64,000 nucleotides of DNA from a phage. The notes below the pieces were generated by a model. That model ran no database searches. It had not been told where the DNA came from and saw nothing but the letters and a program-made list of their open reading frames with translations. How positions within the stretch are numbered: position 1 is the first letter of the stretch; each line of letters opens with the position of its first letter. Made by a program: the position numbers and the translations under genes. Location of the stretch: sequence record PV808484.1. One strand, 5' to 3'. Shown piece after piece: positions 37,497-47,605 of this stretch.

Positions 37497-37683
37497 ACTT
37501 GGCTACACCATTAACTATAATGTGACCGCAAGACATAACCCCTAGCCAATGATCACCATTCTTTTTTAAACGTTTACCGTAAACATCACAGAAACCATTC
37601 TGTAATTCGGAAGCCTCATAAGAGGCTCCCTTTTCGAAAACGTCTTTGAAGTCAGAAATTAATCCAACACAAAGTAGTTTCAT
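37465..37683 (-). CDS. hypothetical protein
   Basis: ORF track. Confidence 0.4.
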   Translation of the reverse strand: MKLLCVGLISDFKDVFEKGASYEASELQNGFCDVYGKRLKKNGDHWLGVMSCGHIIVNGVAKFEIIKGEKDD

Positions 37684-38768
37684 TAAAAGTCTAACTCCTC
37701 GTCATCACTTACATCTTTATTTGCTGAATTCAGTTTGTAAGCTGTAATTTGGATCTCCTGTGCTGCTGCTTGAATTTGATCTGGATTTAACCAAACATCC
37801 ATCCAAGGCAGTGGACTTTTCTTCGGTGCACGGAATTTGTGTTTCATTTTCAGTCTGCGATAGATAGGCGCGGCATTGAAGTAAACCCAAAGTTTGAACA
37901 ACTCTGCGTTACCACCAACGATAACCCTTCCTTCACTAAACAGATAGTCACACCAATCTTCCTCTTGTCCAACTACCGTATCAAGAATTTCTGTCAGAAC
38001 GTCGATATTGTCTTCGTATACTTTTCTCCAGACAGGATCTTTCAGCAGTGCATCAATAATAGCATAATCCATTTTAACGTGCAATAGTTCATCCAACATA
38101 ATTTTTTGAATGAGTTTAGCTGCACCTACAAACAGTTGCTGCTCTGCTAAGGCAAATGTTGCAGCAAAAGATGATATGAATTGAATGCCTTCCAGACCGA
38201 TAAGTGCAATCATTCCTTTCAGAATCAGTAGACGAAGGTTATCATCCTTCTCAATCAGACCTAGAGCATATTTATGTCCTGCCTCTGCCAGATCACTCAT
38301 TATCTCTTCAACTATACCCATCCTCTGGAAGATTCTTTCGTTCTCCATAATCTGATCGATAACTTCATTTGGATTAGGGATACACTGACGAATAATTTCA
38401 GAATATGTCAAAGCGTGTAAAACTTCCATTTCTGATTGCTTCATCATCATTGCACATGCTTCGTTGTTGCTTAAAAATGGTGCAAACAAAGTGATGATTG
38501 ATTTAGCAAGTGAATCATTTTCCCATTGGAAGGATAGGTTTTTGATCATAACATCATAGTTGCTTTTAGAACAAGCTACGAAATCTTTTCGTGTCTGATC
38601 TAAGTTTACTTCGTTTTCATCCCAATCTTGCTGTTTTTGTAGTTTGTACAGACGATGCATTTCTGGGTATGTTACATTAATAGAATCAAAAATACCTAAC
38701 TGTTCTCCCAAAAATACAGGGTAGAAACCTTCTTTGTAAGTGTCGTTGTATAAGTTAATTGCTGCCAT
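37683..38768 (-). CDS. nrdB: ribonucleotide reductase class Ia beta subunit
   Basis: length and conserved-block layout of the R2 subunit; adjacent to nrdA. Confidence 0.85.
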   Translation of the reverse strand: MAAINLYNDTYKEGFYPVFLGEQLGIFDSINVTYPEMHRLYKLQKQQDWDENEVNLDQTRKDFVACSKSNYDVMIKNLSFQWENDSLAKSIITLFAPFLSNNEACAMMMKQSEMEVLHALTYSEIIRQCIPNPNEVIDQIMENERIFQRMGIVEEIMSDLAEAGHKYALGLIEKDDNLRLLILKGMIALIGLEGIQFISSFAATFALAEQQLFVGAAKLIQKIMLDELLHVKMDYAIIDALLKDPVWRKVYEDNIDVLTEILDTVVGQEEDWCDYLFSEGRVIVGGNAELFKLWVYFNAAPIYRRLKMKHKFRAPKKSPLPWMDVWLNPDQIQAAAQEIQITAYKLNSANKDVSDDEELDF

Positions 38769-39090
38769 TTAAATCCTCCACAATATCACACATTGCTTTT
38801 ATTGTATCAATGTGTTCTCTCTCCATACCATCCTCTAGGTAAGCCTTCTCTAATGCGTCCCATACACTCTTTGTGAGTAGTATAGTAACCTCTCCCTCAT
38901 ACCTTGCTCTGGTTAAAGCATACCAGGTAGCTATGGGATCATTGGAAGCCCATATTTCAACACTGGAAAATTGAAAACCTGCAATATAATGACAACACCA
39001 ATCGAATGTAAAATCTTTACTATCTACCAGTGTATAATTTCCCCAGCGTCTTTGTGGTGTTGCCCCAGGTAATACAACTAATGTAGGCAT
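38755..39090 (-). CDS. hypothetical protein
   Basis: start moved to internal Met with AAGGAGGAAT RBS; the ORF-track N-terminus would overlap nrdA. Confidence 0.4.
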   Translation of the reverse strand: MPTLVVLPGATPQRRWGNYTLVDSKDFTFDWCCHYIAGFQFSSVEIWASNDPIATWYALTRARYEGEVTILLTKSVWDALEKAYLEDGMEREHIDTIKAMCDIVEDLNGSN

Positions 39091-39104
39091 ATTCCTCCTT
39101 AAGA

Positions 39105-39125
39105 AAGGGGGACAAAGCCCCCTAG
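39105..39125 (-). terminator. terminator hairpin GGGGGACAAAGCCCCC
   Basis: read directly downstream of nrdA. Confidence 0.5.
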
Positions 39126-39130
39126 TTTCA

Positions 39131-41392
39131 TTACATCTTACAAGCCTCACAACCGGATTCTTCATCCTCTTGAGCGAGTGAGGTTGCCGATTTTGTTCTG
39201 CTATTTAGATAGTACAAAGATTTACCACCAAGTTTTGCAAACTGAAGAATATATTGCATTTCTGATTTAATGGATAAACGACCACCTTCCATCTTAGAAT
39301 AGTCAATCCACTTATCACATGATGCACCTTGATCTAAGAATTTAGTCAATAGTCCATATGCTTCAGCCATATCTTTATCTGGCGTATCCCAAGCCGATTG
39401 GTAAATATCTTTTAGTTTATCGTAATCTGGCACAATAAACAGAACATTACCTTTTTGGCTTTGTTTATAAACTATAGTATCACGTACAGGATACACAGAG
39501 TTAGTCGTATTACTTACAAGACTACTGGACTCATTCGGAGCAATAGCTGCTAATACACTATTTCGGATACCGCCTTGTGCAATGATATCTTGTCGTAAAC
39601 CTTCCCAATCCATTTTAAGTTTAAAATTGCCAATATCATCTACAGCTTTAGCGTAGGTGTCAATAGGCAACCATCCTTCAGGCCATTTGGTTTTATGCAT
39701 CCATTCTGCATTACCTTTCTCTTTTGCCAAACGAAGAGAAGCTCTTGCTAACCAATAATAATGTCTTTCTGCTAATTCGTGAATTAGTTTTTTGCCGTAA
39801 GGATCTGAATAAGTAACAAAATTACTTGCCAGATAATGTGCAAGGTTTGTAATACCTACACCGATAGACCTACGTGCTTTAGCAGTGATTTCGTTATGTT
39901 TAAACGGATACTGCATTGTTTCAATCACATTATCAATAGTTAGAACGGTATAATATGCAACATCTTCATATTCTTCTGGTGTAACACGACCAGCTACAAT
40001 AGAAGACAAGAAGCATAATGCCAATTCTTGATCTTCTGTGTTCTCACCTGTGAAAAGATCCGTCATACTGTGAAATGCTTTCGTAGGTAAGAAAATTTCT
40101 TGGCACAAGTTTGACTGATAAATAACATCCTTAAACGGAGTATGCTTATTAGCATTATCCGCAAAGAACATATAAATACGTCCTGTCTCTGCTCTTTGTG
40201 TAATAATTTCTGCCAGAAGATCTCGTGCTTTTACAAACTTCTTCTTAATTCGTTTGCGACTAACTTTTTCATATACTTCTTCAAACTCTTCCTCGCTTTT
40301 ATAAAGCGCCTCATAGAGTTCTGGTGCTTCGTCATAACTGACTAGCATCCAATCTTTGCCTTTTGCTGCACGGCGCAGGAAAGCATTGTTTACTACAATA
40401 GAGTAATCAAGTTTATCTACTCGTTTTTCACTAACAGTAGTTGGGTTTTTCAAACGTACCAGATCTTCAAAATCAGGTTCTAGTATTGTAAACGTTACTG
40501 TTGCACTTCCACCACGACTTGCTTGTTTTGATGCTCCAACACTTGTTTCCATCCATTTCAGATATGGTAAAAGACCACCGTGAACGATACGGTTGTTCTT
40601 AACACCTTGTCCTGTAGCACGGGTTTGGAGGTTAACACCAATACCTGCATTATTCAATGTATATTCATGAGCAAGATAGTTAGCAATTGCTAAAGATTCT
40701 GCTGTATCGTCTGCTCTAAACAGACAACAAGAAGCACTACCTTTAATCTTAGTACGCAAAGTTGTTAAATAAGGTGATGGTAAATTAATCTTAAGATCAC
40801 TTACGTAGGTATATAGACGTTTAATGTCTTCTACTCTGCGATCTTTTGGTTGGATTTCCATTACCTTCATTGCTACACCAATGAATAAAAATTGTGGTGA
40901 TTCAAAAACCACATCATTGATCGCATCTTTCACAAGATACTTATCAACCATCTGGCGCAGTACGGAATAACCATAAGTTAGGTTTTTATCATGATTGATA
41001 ATTTTACCAATCTCAATAATTTCTTCTTCTGTATAATCCATTTTCCCCCAATAGCCTTTACTTACAGACATATTGTAGAAATCCAGGAGGGAGGGGATAT
41101 TGTGATATCCCCCATGAGCCTGTTTATAGATCATACCAAGAAGTAACCGACCTGCCATATCACTATATGCCTGATCTTTCTTATCAATACATGCTGCTAT
41201 CATAGCTTTATGTAAATCACGAGTAGGCACACCGTCGTAACAACGTTTAACAGCTTCGAGTTCAATTTCAGACCAATTTAATTTACCAGCAGCAAACTCT
41301 GACCATTTACGAAGTTTTTCTGGATTAAATTCTTCTTTCTTGCCGTTTGTTTTTGTTACATAACGGATAGATTTGCTTAGATACTGAGTCAC
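39131..41392 (-). CDS. nrdA: ribonucleotide reductase class Ia alpha subunit
   Basis: 753 aa; SNLCQEIFLPTK, STGRIYM blocks and C-terminal ESGCEACKM tail characteristic of NrdA. Confidence 0.95.
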   Translation of the reverse strand: MTQYLSKSIRYVTKTNGKKEEFNPEKLRKWSEFAAGKLNWSEIELEAVKRCYDGVPTRDLHKAMIAACIDKKDQAYSDMAGRLLLGMIYKQAHGGYHNIPSLLDFYNMSVSKGYWGKMDYTEEEIIEIGKIINHDKNLTYGYSVLRQMVDKYLVKDAINDVVFESPQFLFIGVAMKVMEIQPKDRRVEDIKRLYTYVSDLKINLPSPYLTTLRTKIKGSASCCLFRADDTAESLAIANYLAHEYTLNNAGIGVNLQTRATGQGVKNNRIVHGGLLPYLKWMETSVGASKQASRGGSATVTFTILEPDFEDLVRLKNPTTVSEKRVDKLDYSIVVNNAFLRRAAKGKDWMLVSYDEAPELYEALYKSEEEFEEVYEKVSRKRIKKKFVKARDLLAEIITQRAETGRIYMFFADNANKHTPFKDVIYQSNLCQEIFLPTKAFHSMTDLFTGENTEDQELALCFLSSIVAGRVTPEEYEDVAYYTVLTIDNVIETMQYPFKHNEITAKARRSIGVGITNLAHYLASNFVTYSDPYGKKLIHELAERHYYWLARASLRLAKEKGNAEWMHKTKWPEGWLPIDTYAKAVDDIGNFKLKMDWEGLRQDIIAQGGIRNSVLAAIAPNESSSLVSNTTNSVYPVRDTIVYKQSQKGNVLFIVPDYDKLKDIYQSAWDTPDKDMAEAYGLLTKFLDQGASCDKWIDYSKMEGGRLSIKSEMQYILQFAKLGGKSLYYLNSRTKSATSLAQEDEESGCEACKM

Positions 41393-41403
41393 TTCCTCTC
41401 CTA

Positions 41404-41664
41404 TTAATTGTGCATGTTTAGAACATCTACATCATAACCGCCACGCATCTCATTATATAAGCCATTTGCGTATAGAAAACCTTCAAAATGATCTATACCT
41501 TCAAAACCTTTTGCCTTTGCTTTGCGGTCTGCTTCTTGTCTTTTTGGGGATAATCTTTTAGATGTATCAAGGATAACTGTTACATTGCAACCTAATGTTT
41601 CATCAAAATAGACTTCAATTTCACAGCCTTCATATTTATTACTTTCTGTCATTTGGCCTCTCAA
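41404..41664 (-). CDS. hypothetical protein
   Basis: ORF track. Confidence 0.45.
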   Translation of the reverse strand: MRGQMTESNKYEGCEIEVYFDETLGCNVTVILDTSKRLSPKRQEADRKAKAKGFEGIDHFEGFLYANGLYNEMRGGYDVDVLNMHN

Positions 41665-42075
41665 TTAGAATTCAGAATCATCATCTCGTGATGGATCATG
41701 TTCATTTCCGAAGTCTTCCATTTTGATATGAGAGCTACCCCAACCTGTAAAATCTTCTTCTCCAAAGTGCAAAATATCTACACCTTGATAGATTCGCTTA
41801 TATTTATAGTCTTGTCGAACTGGGAAAGTATACAATGTAGTATTTGCAAACACCACACGTCGATTGTTGTTACTACGAATATTAACACCACGTTCTACTG
41901 TATAATGTCCATCGGTAGACATACCAAGCATTACTAATGCTGCTCGCAATGTAGTGTTATGATATTCGTGAGGAATTTTTCCTCCGTGCTTTTTAGCCAT
42001 TTCTTTCCAGATCGGTGTAGCCTTAATGGTAGACATACTTACGGTCGCCCAAATGGTTGTATTAATTAGTGACAT
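41665..42075 (-). CDS. hypothetical protein
   Basis: ORF track. Confidence 0.45.
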   Translation of the reverse strand: MSLINTTIWATVSMSTIKATPIWKEMAKKHGGKIPHEYHNTTLRAALVMLGMSTDGHYTVERGVNIRSNNNRRVVFANTTLYTFPVRQDYKYKRIYQGVDILHFGEEDFTGWGSSHIKMEDFGNEHDPSRDDDSEF

Positions 42076-42172
42076 AAATTCTCCTTCTCTCTTTTAAGGA
42101 GAGCATAGCTCTCCTAACGTTAGCCTATACTACACGAATCTCAATTAAAAGTCAACTATAATTTTAAGTTGA

Positions 42173-43144
42173 TCACCATTTTGTATGGTTAGTCAAAAGT
42201 TGACGATGTTGAATCCAACCACAGAAGTTTCCACTCCACAAACGATGTTTACGATCCATATGTGTAATACCTTCTTCCCAAGAGGAAGGGAACGGAGGAA
42301 TATTAATACCACCTTTCTGTTGTTTTAATCCTGACAAATCCATTTCTTTCATTGGCGTTGCCTGGTGTTCAAACGGAGATGCATGTACCTTTTGTCCAGA
42401 CAGCAAACGAGAATAGATATCCAATGCTTTATCTTTAGTATCATTCAACTTACGATAACTTACCTGAGCGCAACAAGAAGCTGAAATAGCTTTTGCTTCA
42501 TCTTCTGTCAACATTTTCTCGTTGGAGAAGGTTTCACCCAAGAAATAACGGATCATACCAGTTTCTGGATCTCGATCACGATTAACGTAAGGTGTATGCC
42601 ACTCCCCTGGGAAAAGAAGATATGGTTCAGAAGATTCATACAGTTTTTTAATTTCTTTAGCAAGAGCCTCAATAGTAGGATCTGCATCAGCATCTACGCG
42701 CAACCACAAGAAGTTTTCTAACTCTGTAGTGGTTACTACAGTCTTCATACGCTGGAATGGTTCTAGTAGTCGGTTTGCAACCTGTTTATGATAACCAGCA
42801 AGAGCAAACTCTTCTGCAAAACGTGCAGCACTTAGCGCAGCCAAGTCCCACCATTCTTTTGCAGTGTAACCTGCATCAATCAGGGCATCGTGATCTGTGC
42901 CTTTATCTTGCATACCTGGTTGGTTAGCACCAAAACGATAAGGACGTGCTGGAGATTGCCGTACCATTTCAATTAGAGTTTTAACAGGGATAGCTCGACT
43001 TGATGCGGCATTACGAGAAAACAAACGATGCGTCATCAATTCAGAGTGAATGATTCGAGGATATTCAAGTTCAAAGGTAACAATATCCTTACCTTCAGAT
43101 GTTTGAGAGTGTGCAATAATTTTTGCTGAAATAGAATCTGTCAT
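42173..43144 (-). CDS. thyX: ThyX-like flavin-dependent thymidylate synthase (extended, 323 aa)
   Basis: HRLFSRNAASSRAIP resembles the ThyX RHRxxxxxS motif (first Arg replaced by Thr); C-terminal HASPFEH block. Confidence 0.6.
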   Translation of the reverse strand: MTDSISAKIIAHSQTSEGKDIVTFELEYPRIIHSELMTHRLFSRNAASSRAIPVKTLIEMVRQSPARPYRFGANQPGMQDKGTDHDALIDAGYTAKEWWDLAALSAARFAEEFALAGYHKQVANRLLEPFQRMKTVVTTTELENFLWLRVDADADPTIEALAKEIKKLYESSEPYLLFPGEWHTPYVNRDRDPETGMIRYFLGETFSNEKMLTEDEAKAISASCCAQVSYRKLNDTKDKALDIYSRLLSGQKVHASPFEHQATPMKEMDLSGLKQQKGGINIPPFPSSWEEGITHMDRKHRLWSGNFCGWIQHRQLLTNHTKW

Positions 43145-43153
43145 TATTTCTCC

Positions 43154-43744
43154 TTAAGGTAGTAAAATACTTTCAATTTCTTCCCACTGATTATCTAAAC
43201 CAGTGATAATTACATTAGGAAGTTTCTTTAACTCTTCCAAGTATGGATCTTCATAAATAGTGTTGAAATATATTTTCAACGTTTCATCTGGAAACAGGAC
43301 AAGATTTTCAGCCCTATCATCAATAGTTACGTCGCAAGGTAATAAGTATTTTTCTTTTGTTGCGAAAAAACCATTACCAGATGTTCTACTAAAATCCACT
43401 TTATCTAAAGACCGTGTTACGTGTCTATATTTAGAACTAAGGTGTCCACCCTTAGTGTGGCTTGCTATAGATATATTAGCTCCATTTGCAATTATACGAT
43501 GAACAACATCTGTACTATTAGGTACTACGCCCATAGTATCATATAGATGTTGGTTATCCCAAAAAGAGTAAGGATCTACACCAAATTGCTTTTTAAAATC
43601 AGGGAAATATTTCGTAATATCATAATGCACAGTTTTATGTGTCTTATCAAATTTGATATTAGATCTACTTACCGCATTTAACCAATTTAACCATTCTATA
43701 TCCGCAGGAGCTATTACTAAATCCCAATCACATACTAGACGCAT
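43154..43744 (-). CDS. HAD-superfamily phosphatase, possible 5'-deoxynucleotidase
   Basis: start moved to Met with AGGAG RBS; N-terminal DWD (DxD motif I) and distal IDDR. Confidence 0.4.
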   Translation of the reverse strand: MRLVCDWDLVIAPADIEWLNWLNAVSRSNIKFDKTHKTVHYDITKYFPDFKKQFGVDPYSFWDNQHLYDTMGVVPNSTDVVHRIIANGANISIASHTKGGHLSSKYRHVTRSLDKVDFSRTSGNGFFATKEKYLLPCDVTIDDRAENLVLFPDETLKIYFNTIYEDPYLEELKKLPNVIITGLDNQWEEIESILLP

Positions 43745-44291
43745 TATTTCTCCTGTTATAACATTTTCTACACATTGTTTCGTAAATGTCTTCTCCCCCA
43801 ATAACAATCTGTTCTTTAGAGTCGATAAGTCTAGCATTGAAAATAGCTTTTCTTCCACATTTACAAATGCTTTTCAATTCTGTAATTGAATCTGCTATAG
43901 CTAATAACCGTTCAGAACCTTCAAACAATTCTGTAGCAAAATCTGTTTTAAGTCCATAGCAGAATACAGGAATATCGTAATTATCTACCACATCTCCAAG
44001 AATGTCAACCATATCTTTAGTTAGGAATTGTGATTCATCTACAAATACTGCATCTACTGGATTTTCTTTAAGCTGTGTATAAATTTCCAGCATATCTTCT
44101 TTTGTTTTAACTGGTTTTGCTTCCTCTTTAATACCTATCCTAGAAGCAATAGCACAACCAGATCTGGTATCTAAAGCTGAAGTTAAAAGAAGAACTTTCA
44201 TATTTCTTTCTTTATAGTTCCAAGCTGTTTGTAGAAGATGTGTGCTTTTACCACTGTTCATCGGACTATATCGGAAATAAAGTTTAGCCAT
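43728..44291 (-). CDS. tdk: thymidine kinase
   Basis: FRYSPMNSGKSTHLLQ P-loop; C-terminal CRKCYNRR zinc-binding tail. Confidence 0.9.
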   Translation of the reverse strand: MAKLYFRYSPMNSGKSTHLLQTAWNYKERNMKVLLLTSALDTRSGCAIASRIGIKEEAKPVKTKEDMLEIYTQLKENPVDAVFVDESQFLTKDMVDILGDVVDNYDIPVFCYGLKTDFATELFEGSERLLAIADSITELKSICKCGRKAIFNARLIDSKEQIVIGGEDIYETMCRKCYNRRNNASSM

Positions 44292-44336
44292 ATTTTCTCC
44301 TCTAACGCTCCCGTTTGTGGGAGCGATAATACTTTA

Positions 44337-44912
44337 TTATTTCTCTTCGTCAAGAAGAATTTTTACTATTTGTTTTCTTCGCTTACTTACTGTACTTTCT
44401 GGTGAAATTCCGCGCTTCGTTAGCCAATTTTTATCCTTTTTAGACTGGCATAAAGCTATCGCTTCCTTCTCCGCTTTTGCTTCCCTGAATGTCATATCGT
44501 GCTTGTCAGCATAAGCCAGGATAGCGTTACACTGCTTACAAACTACACGCAGGTCGTCTTCTGTTACATACAATAGGCGTAAAACAAAACTTGGGATATC
44601 TTCATAACAGGTTAATGTACCTGCTGCATTGATATGGTCTACTTGAAAGTCTTTCATACCTCCTGTGTGTCCACACAATTCACACTTACAATTCCAAACC
44701 TGTTTCGGTTTGCCTGTTTTCTTATCTAAAACTACATTGCCATCTTTGTCCAACCTATCGGCTTTAAATCGTACAGATTGGATCTTTTTTATCTTATTTG
44801 GGTGTCTCACCCATGCTTTCCTTAAGCAACCCCTTAAATATGTATAAAAGGCTGCTTGAGTTTTCCAAGGTGTTCCATCTCCCCAAATAACTTTAGGTTC
44901 TTTATTTTCCAA
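44337..44912 (-). CDS. HNH-type endonuclease-like protein
   Basis: CELCGHTGG...DHINAAG...CKQCN metal-binding pattern; assignment tentative. Confidence 0.4.
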   Translation of the reverse strand: MENKEPKVIWGDGTPWKTQAAFYTYLRGCLRKAWVRHPNKIKKIQSVRFKADRLDKDGNVVLDKKTGKPKQVWNCKCELCGHTGGMKDFQVDHINAAGTLTCYEDIPSFVLRLLYVTEDDLRVVCKQCNAILAYADKHDMTFREAKAEKEAIALCQSKKDKNWLTKRGISPESTVSKRRKQIVKILLDEEK

Positions 44913-45096
44913 TAGTGCTCACCTTTTTAGCTACATAATCTCCAGGTGGGATGTTATATTTAAAGAAAAGCATACGGTCTAAACCAGCCTTACACATGTT
45001 TTCTGGGATTGTGATTGTATATAGGAGTTTATCTCCACGCTTATTGTATATTTTATATACTTCACCCTCTCCGTATTGTTTACCGTGAGAAGCCAT
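44902..45096 (-). CDS. hypothetical protein
   Basis: ORF track. Confidence 0.4.
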   Translation of the reverse strand: MASHGKQYGEGEVYKIYNKRGDKLLYTITIPENMCKAGLDRMLFFKYNIPPGDYVAKKVSTIGK

Positions 45097-45481
45097 CTAC
45101 ACTCTCCTTCAATTGTTCAATAGCATCTGCTGCTTCAATGTACTTACCTTTATACATTGCTTTTAAAGCCTTACGAACAAGATCATCGTCTGTGTATAAA
45201 TCAATTAGCTGATTAGCTAACTCAATTTTTACAGGGTTTTTTAGATTAGGGTAGGCTTCATACAACATATTGTAATACTTATCACTCAATTCTTTTTCAA
45301 TATGAATAACGTGAATCGCTTTGTTTAGGTTGATCACACGATCACCTTTGTTTCGACAAGCATACTTAGCTAACTTAGTGAAACAAGGAGTTGCACCAAT
45401 TAGATATGCAAGTTCCAAAGGTTGCATACGCATACGTTTGTAGTGATCACCATCAATTTGAATATCCAGTGCTGTAGTCAT
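45080..45481 (-). CDS. hypothetical protein, DUF3310-like
   Basis: IDGDHYK...MQPLELAYLIGATPCF pattern recalled from phage DUF3310 proteins; tentative. Confidence 0.35.
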   Translation of the reverse strand: MTTALDIQIDGDHYKRMRMQPLELAYLIGATPCFTKLAKYACRNKGDRVINLNKAIHVIHIEKELSDKYYNMLYEAYPNLKNPVKIELANQLIDLYTDDDLVRKALKAMYKGKYIEAADAIEQLKESVDGFSR

Positions 45482-45498
45482 AAATCCTCCAAAAATAA

Positions 45499-45516
45499 AG
45501 GGGCTTTCGCCCCTTT
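45499..45516 (-). terminator. terminator hairpin GGGGCTTTCGCCCC
   Basis: recurrent element. Confidence 0.5.
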
Positions 45517-45519
45517 TTA

Positions 45520-46482
45520 TTAAATTCCAATAACAGTGTTTACACGCTTCTCTTTGCTACGCAAATTAACACGTCCACGAGACAGGCTATTACATGATGT
45601 GCATCTTAGCACTTGGAATGTACTAACCGCTGTTGTGTAAACCTTACCAGGAACAACTTCAAGGTGCTCTTTACCGCAACGAGGACAACGAAGTTTTTCA
45701 TCGTCATAGAATGCAGATACGTTAGGATGCTGTGGAATCCACGCACGAAGTTTGATGTAAAGATCTCTAAGAGAAACAACATCACCATCGTTGTATGTTT
45801 GCATACGGAAGAAGGCGTGTCTGTCTCCTTCACAACATGCTTTCCACAAAGGAAAACCTTCATTGTCAAGTTTAAAGTTTTCTGTATCAAAATACAAACA
45901 CATTTCTTTAAGCGCATTAGAAGGTAGTGCAAACTGCTTCTTAGCTGCCTTGAGTGTATCAATCACAACATAGTGTGATGGTGGCTCCATACCGTGAAAA
46001 GCAAAACGTTGGTTAATATAAGCCTTATCAAACTTAATACCGTTATGCGCGATCACAATATCTGCATCGTCAAGCAAGTGCCACAGATCTTGACATAATT
46101 CCCAATCATCGGTATGATCTATGTCAAACAGAGGGTAATTGCTAAGGTTCTTACCTTCTACTTCTCCTGTTTCTAAGTCAGCAGATGAATAGGAAAGCAA
46201 GTAACCTCGACGAATAACTTGTTCAGGTGAAATAAAGGCTTTGAAACGTGAGAAGCTATACACAATCTCCGGTGCTGTCTCTACGTCAATAATTTTAATT
46301 ACTGGCCCACCTTTGTCTTGCGGAGCACCGCGATGTGGTGAATTTACACGAGCTAAGTAATCATTTACTGTGCTCTTCTTAGTAGAACTTCCCAACACCT
46401 CTTGTGCAATCTTACGCGAAGAGTAACCTTGTGCTTTCATAGATACAATCAAGGCTTTCTGTTCGTCTGTTAATTTACTCAA
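45520..46482 (-). CDS. DEDD-family 3'-5' exonuclease with N-terminal HTH-like and C-terminal zinc-ribbon segments
   Basis: IIDVETAPE and HNGIKFDKAYI exonuclease motifs; CPRCGK...CTSCNS. Confidence 0.65.
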   Translation of the reverse strand: MSKLTDEQKALIVSMKAQGYSSRKIAQEVLGSSTKKSTVNDYLARVNSPHRGAPQDKGGPVIKIIDVETAPEIVYSFSRFKAFISPEQVIRRGYLLSYSSADLETGEVEGKNLSNYPLFDIDHTDDWELCQDLWHLLDDADIVIAHNGIKFDKAYINQRFAFHGMEPPSHYVVIDTLKAAKKQFALPSNALKEMCLYFDTENFKLDNEGFPLWKACCEGDRHAFFRMQTYNDGDVVSLRDLYIKLRAWIPQHPNVSAFYDDEKLRCPRCGKEHLEVVPGKVYTTAVSTFQVLRCTSCNSLSRGRVNLRSKEKRVNTVIGI

Positions 46483-47513
46483 TGTTCCTCCTGCTCTGAA
46501 ATATATGCTTGTAGCATACTTTCAAAAGTTGTTTCATCATTCGCCCAACGTTTCATATATACCAACTGAAAAATTGTCTCTATCCATTCGTCAGTTGTCA
46601 TCTCTACTTCTTCACCATCCCAAGAAGTAAATTTAACGCCATCTGGGAACCATTCATAATACTGATCTTTAACTGTCTGAAAAAGTTCAGCCTGTGTTTT
46701 ACATTTGGAAATAAGATTAAAGCAAGTAATATCTCCAAACTTAACATCGAAATCTTGGTAAGGTCGAATACTATCTGTCTTATCGCCCATTAGCATTTGA
46801 TAAGCTAACCAGTAACTACCCCAGCCCTTAATTTCTTTTTTCTTACCTTTTTCTACGATCCAGATATCACCGATAGATTCATCAATCAAAATAATACAAG
46901 GGTTTTTATAAACACCATCCTCTTTATAAAAGTTAAAGAGTAAACTTGGTGTGTGTAAGCTATCTTTGTCGATAGATGCTACAATATGAGAAAACTTACC
47001 AGTTTCCTTGTAGGCTTTATACCCTGCATATCCATAGATTTCTAAAGCATCATCTGCCTCAATACCAGTAACAACGTCACCGTTATGTTTTTCAACTAGA
47101 TAATCTTTAGTATCTGATAAATGGATTGGTCTTAAATCTGATCGTTCTGATTTATATTCTTTTGGCATTTTGAAAGAATGCCGGAAGGTTTTTCCTACCC
47201 CGATGACACCGCAATACTTTTGAAGTTTTAGGTGATCCATCATCTGGGTTATTTTTGTCTTTGCAGCTTGAAACGTAAAAGAAATATTATCTGGGACTAT
47301 TTGAACATCTTTTATTTCAAAATCTTCTCTAGAGAACAACTTTTTACCAGCAGCTTCGCGTTGCGCGTTAAGTGCTCCTAGCCATCCTCCAATATTTTTT
47401 GAAGACTTACCCCAAAAATCTGTTCTTGTTTCAAACTCTTTTACATTACCGGAAGCCTTGTGTACAGCGTGGATTTTTCTTTGTTCTAAAGCTGAAGACG
47501 CTTGGAACGCCAC
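46479..47513 (-). CDS. 5'-3' exonuclease / flap endonuclease
   Basis: GIEADDALEIYG, SIDKDSLHT and MGDKTDSIRP match FEN acidic clusters and H3TH region. Confidence 0.7.
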   Translation of the reverse strand: MAFQASSALEQRKIHAVHKASGNVKEFETRTDFWGKSSKNIGGWLGALNAQREAAGKKLFSREDFEIKDVQIVPDNISFTFQAAKTKITQMMDHLKLQKYCGVIGVGKTFRHSFKMPKEYKSERSDLRPIHLSDTKDYLVEKHNGDVVTGIEADDALEIYGYAGYKAYKETGKFSHIVASIDKDSLHTPSLLFNFYKEDGVYKNPCIILIDESIGDIWIVEKGKKKEIKGWGSYWLAYQMLMGDKTDSIRPYQDFDVKFGDITCFNLISKCKTQAELFQTVKDQYYEWFPDGVKFTSWDGEEVEMTTDEWIETIFQLVYMKRWANDETTFESMLQAYISEQEEH

Positions 47514-47605
47514 TTGATCGTAGTCTATTGCAAGAATTGTGTTCTCGTCAACATATTTGTGCAGGTCTTCCGGTTGGATTAAAATGTAACCGCTAATATT
47601 ACCTC

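Noticed and set aside
40142-40345. Antisense ORFs inside conserved enzymes (for example 40142..40345 in nrdA, 37839..38087 in nrdB, 45613..45973 in the exonuclease, 23579..23833 in dcm)
   Set aside because: They are embedded in genes with strong motif support on the other strand; low-complexity products.
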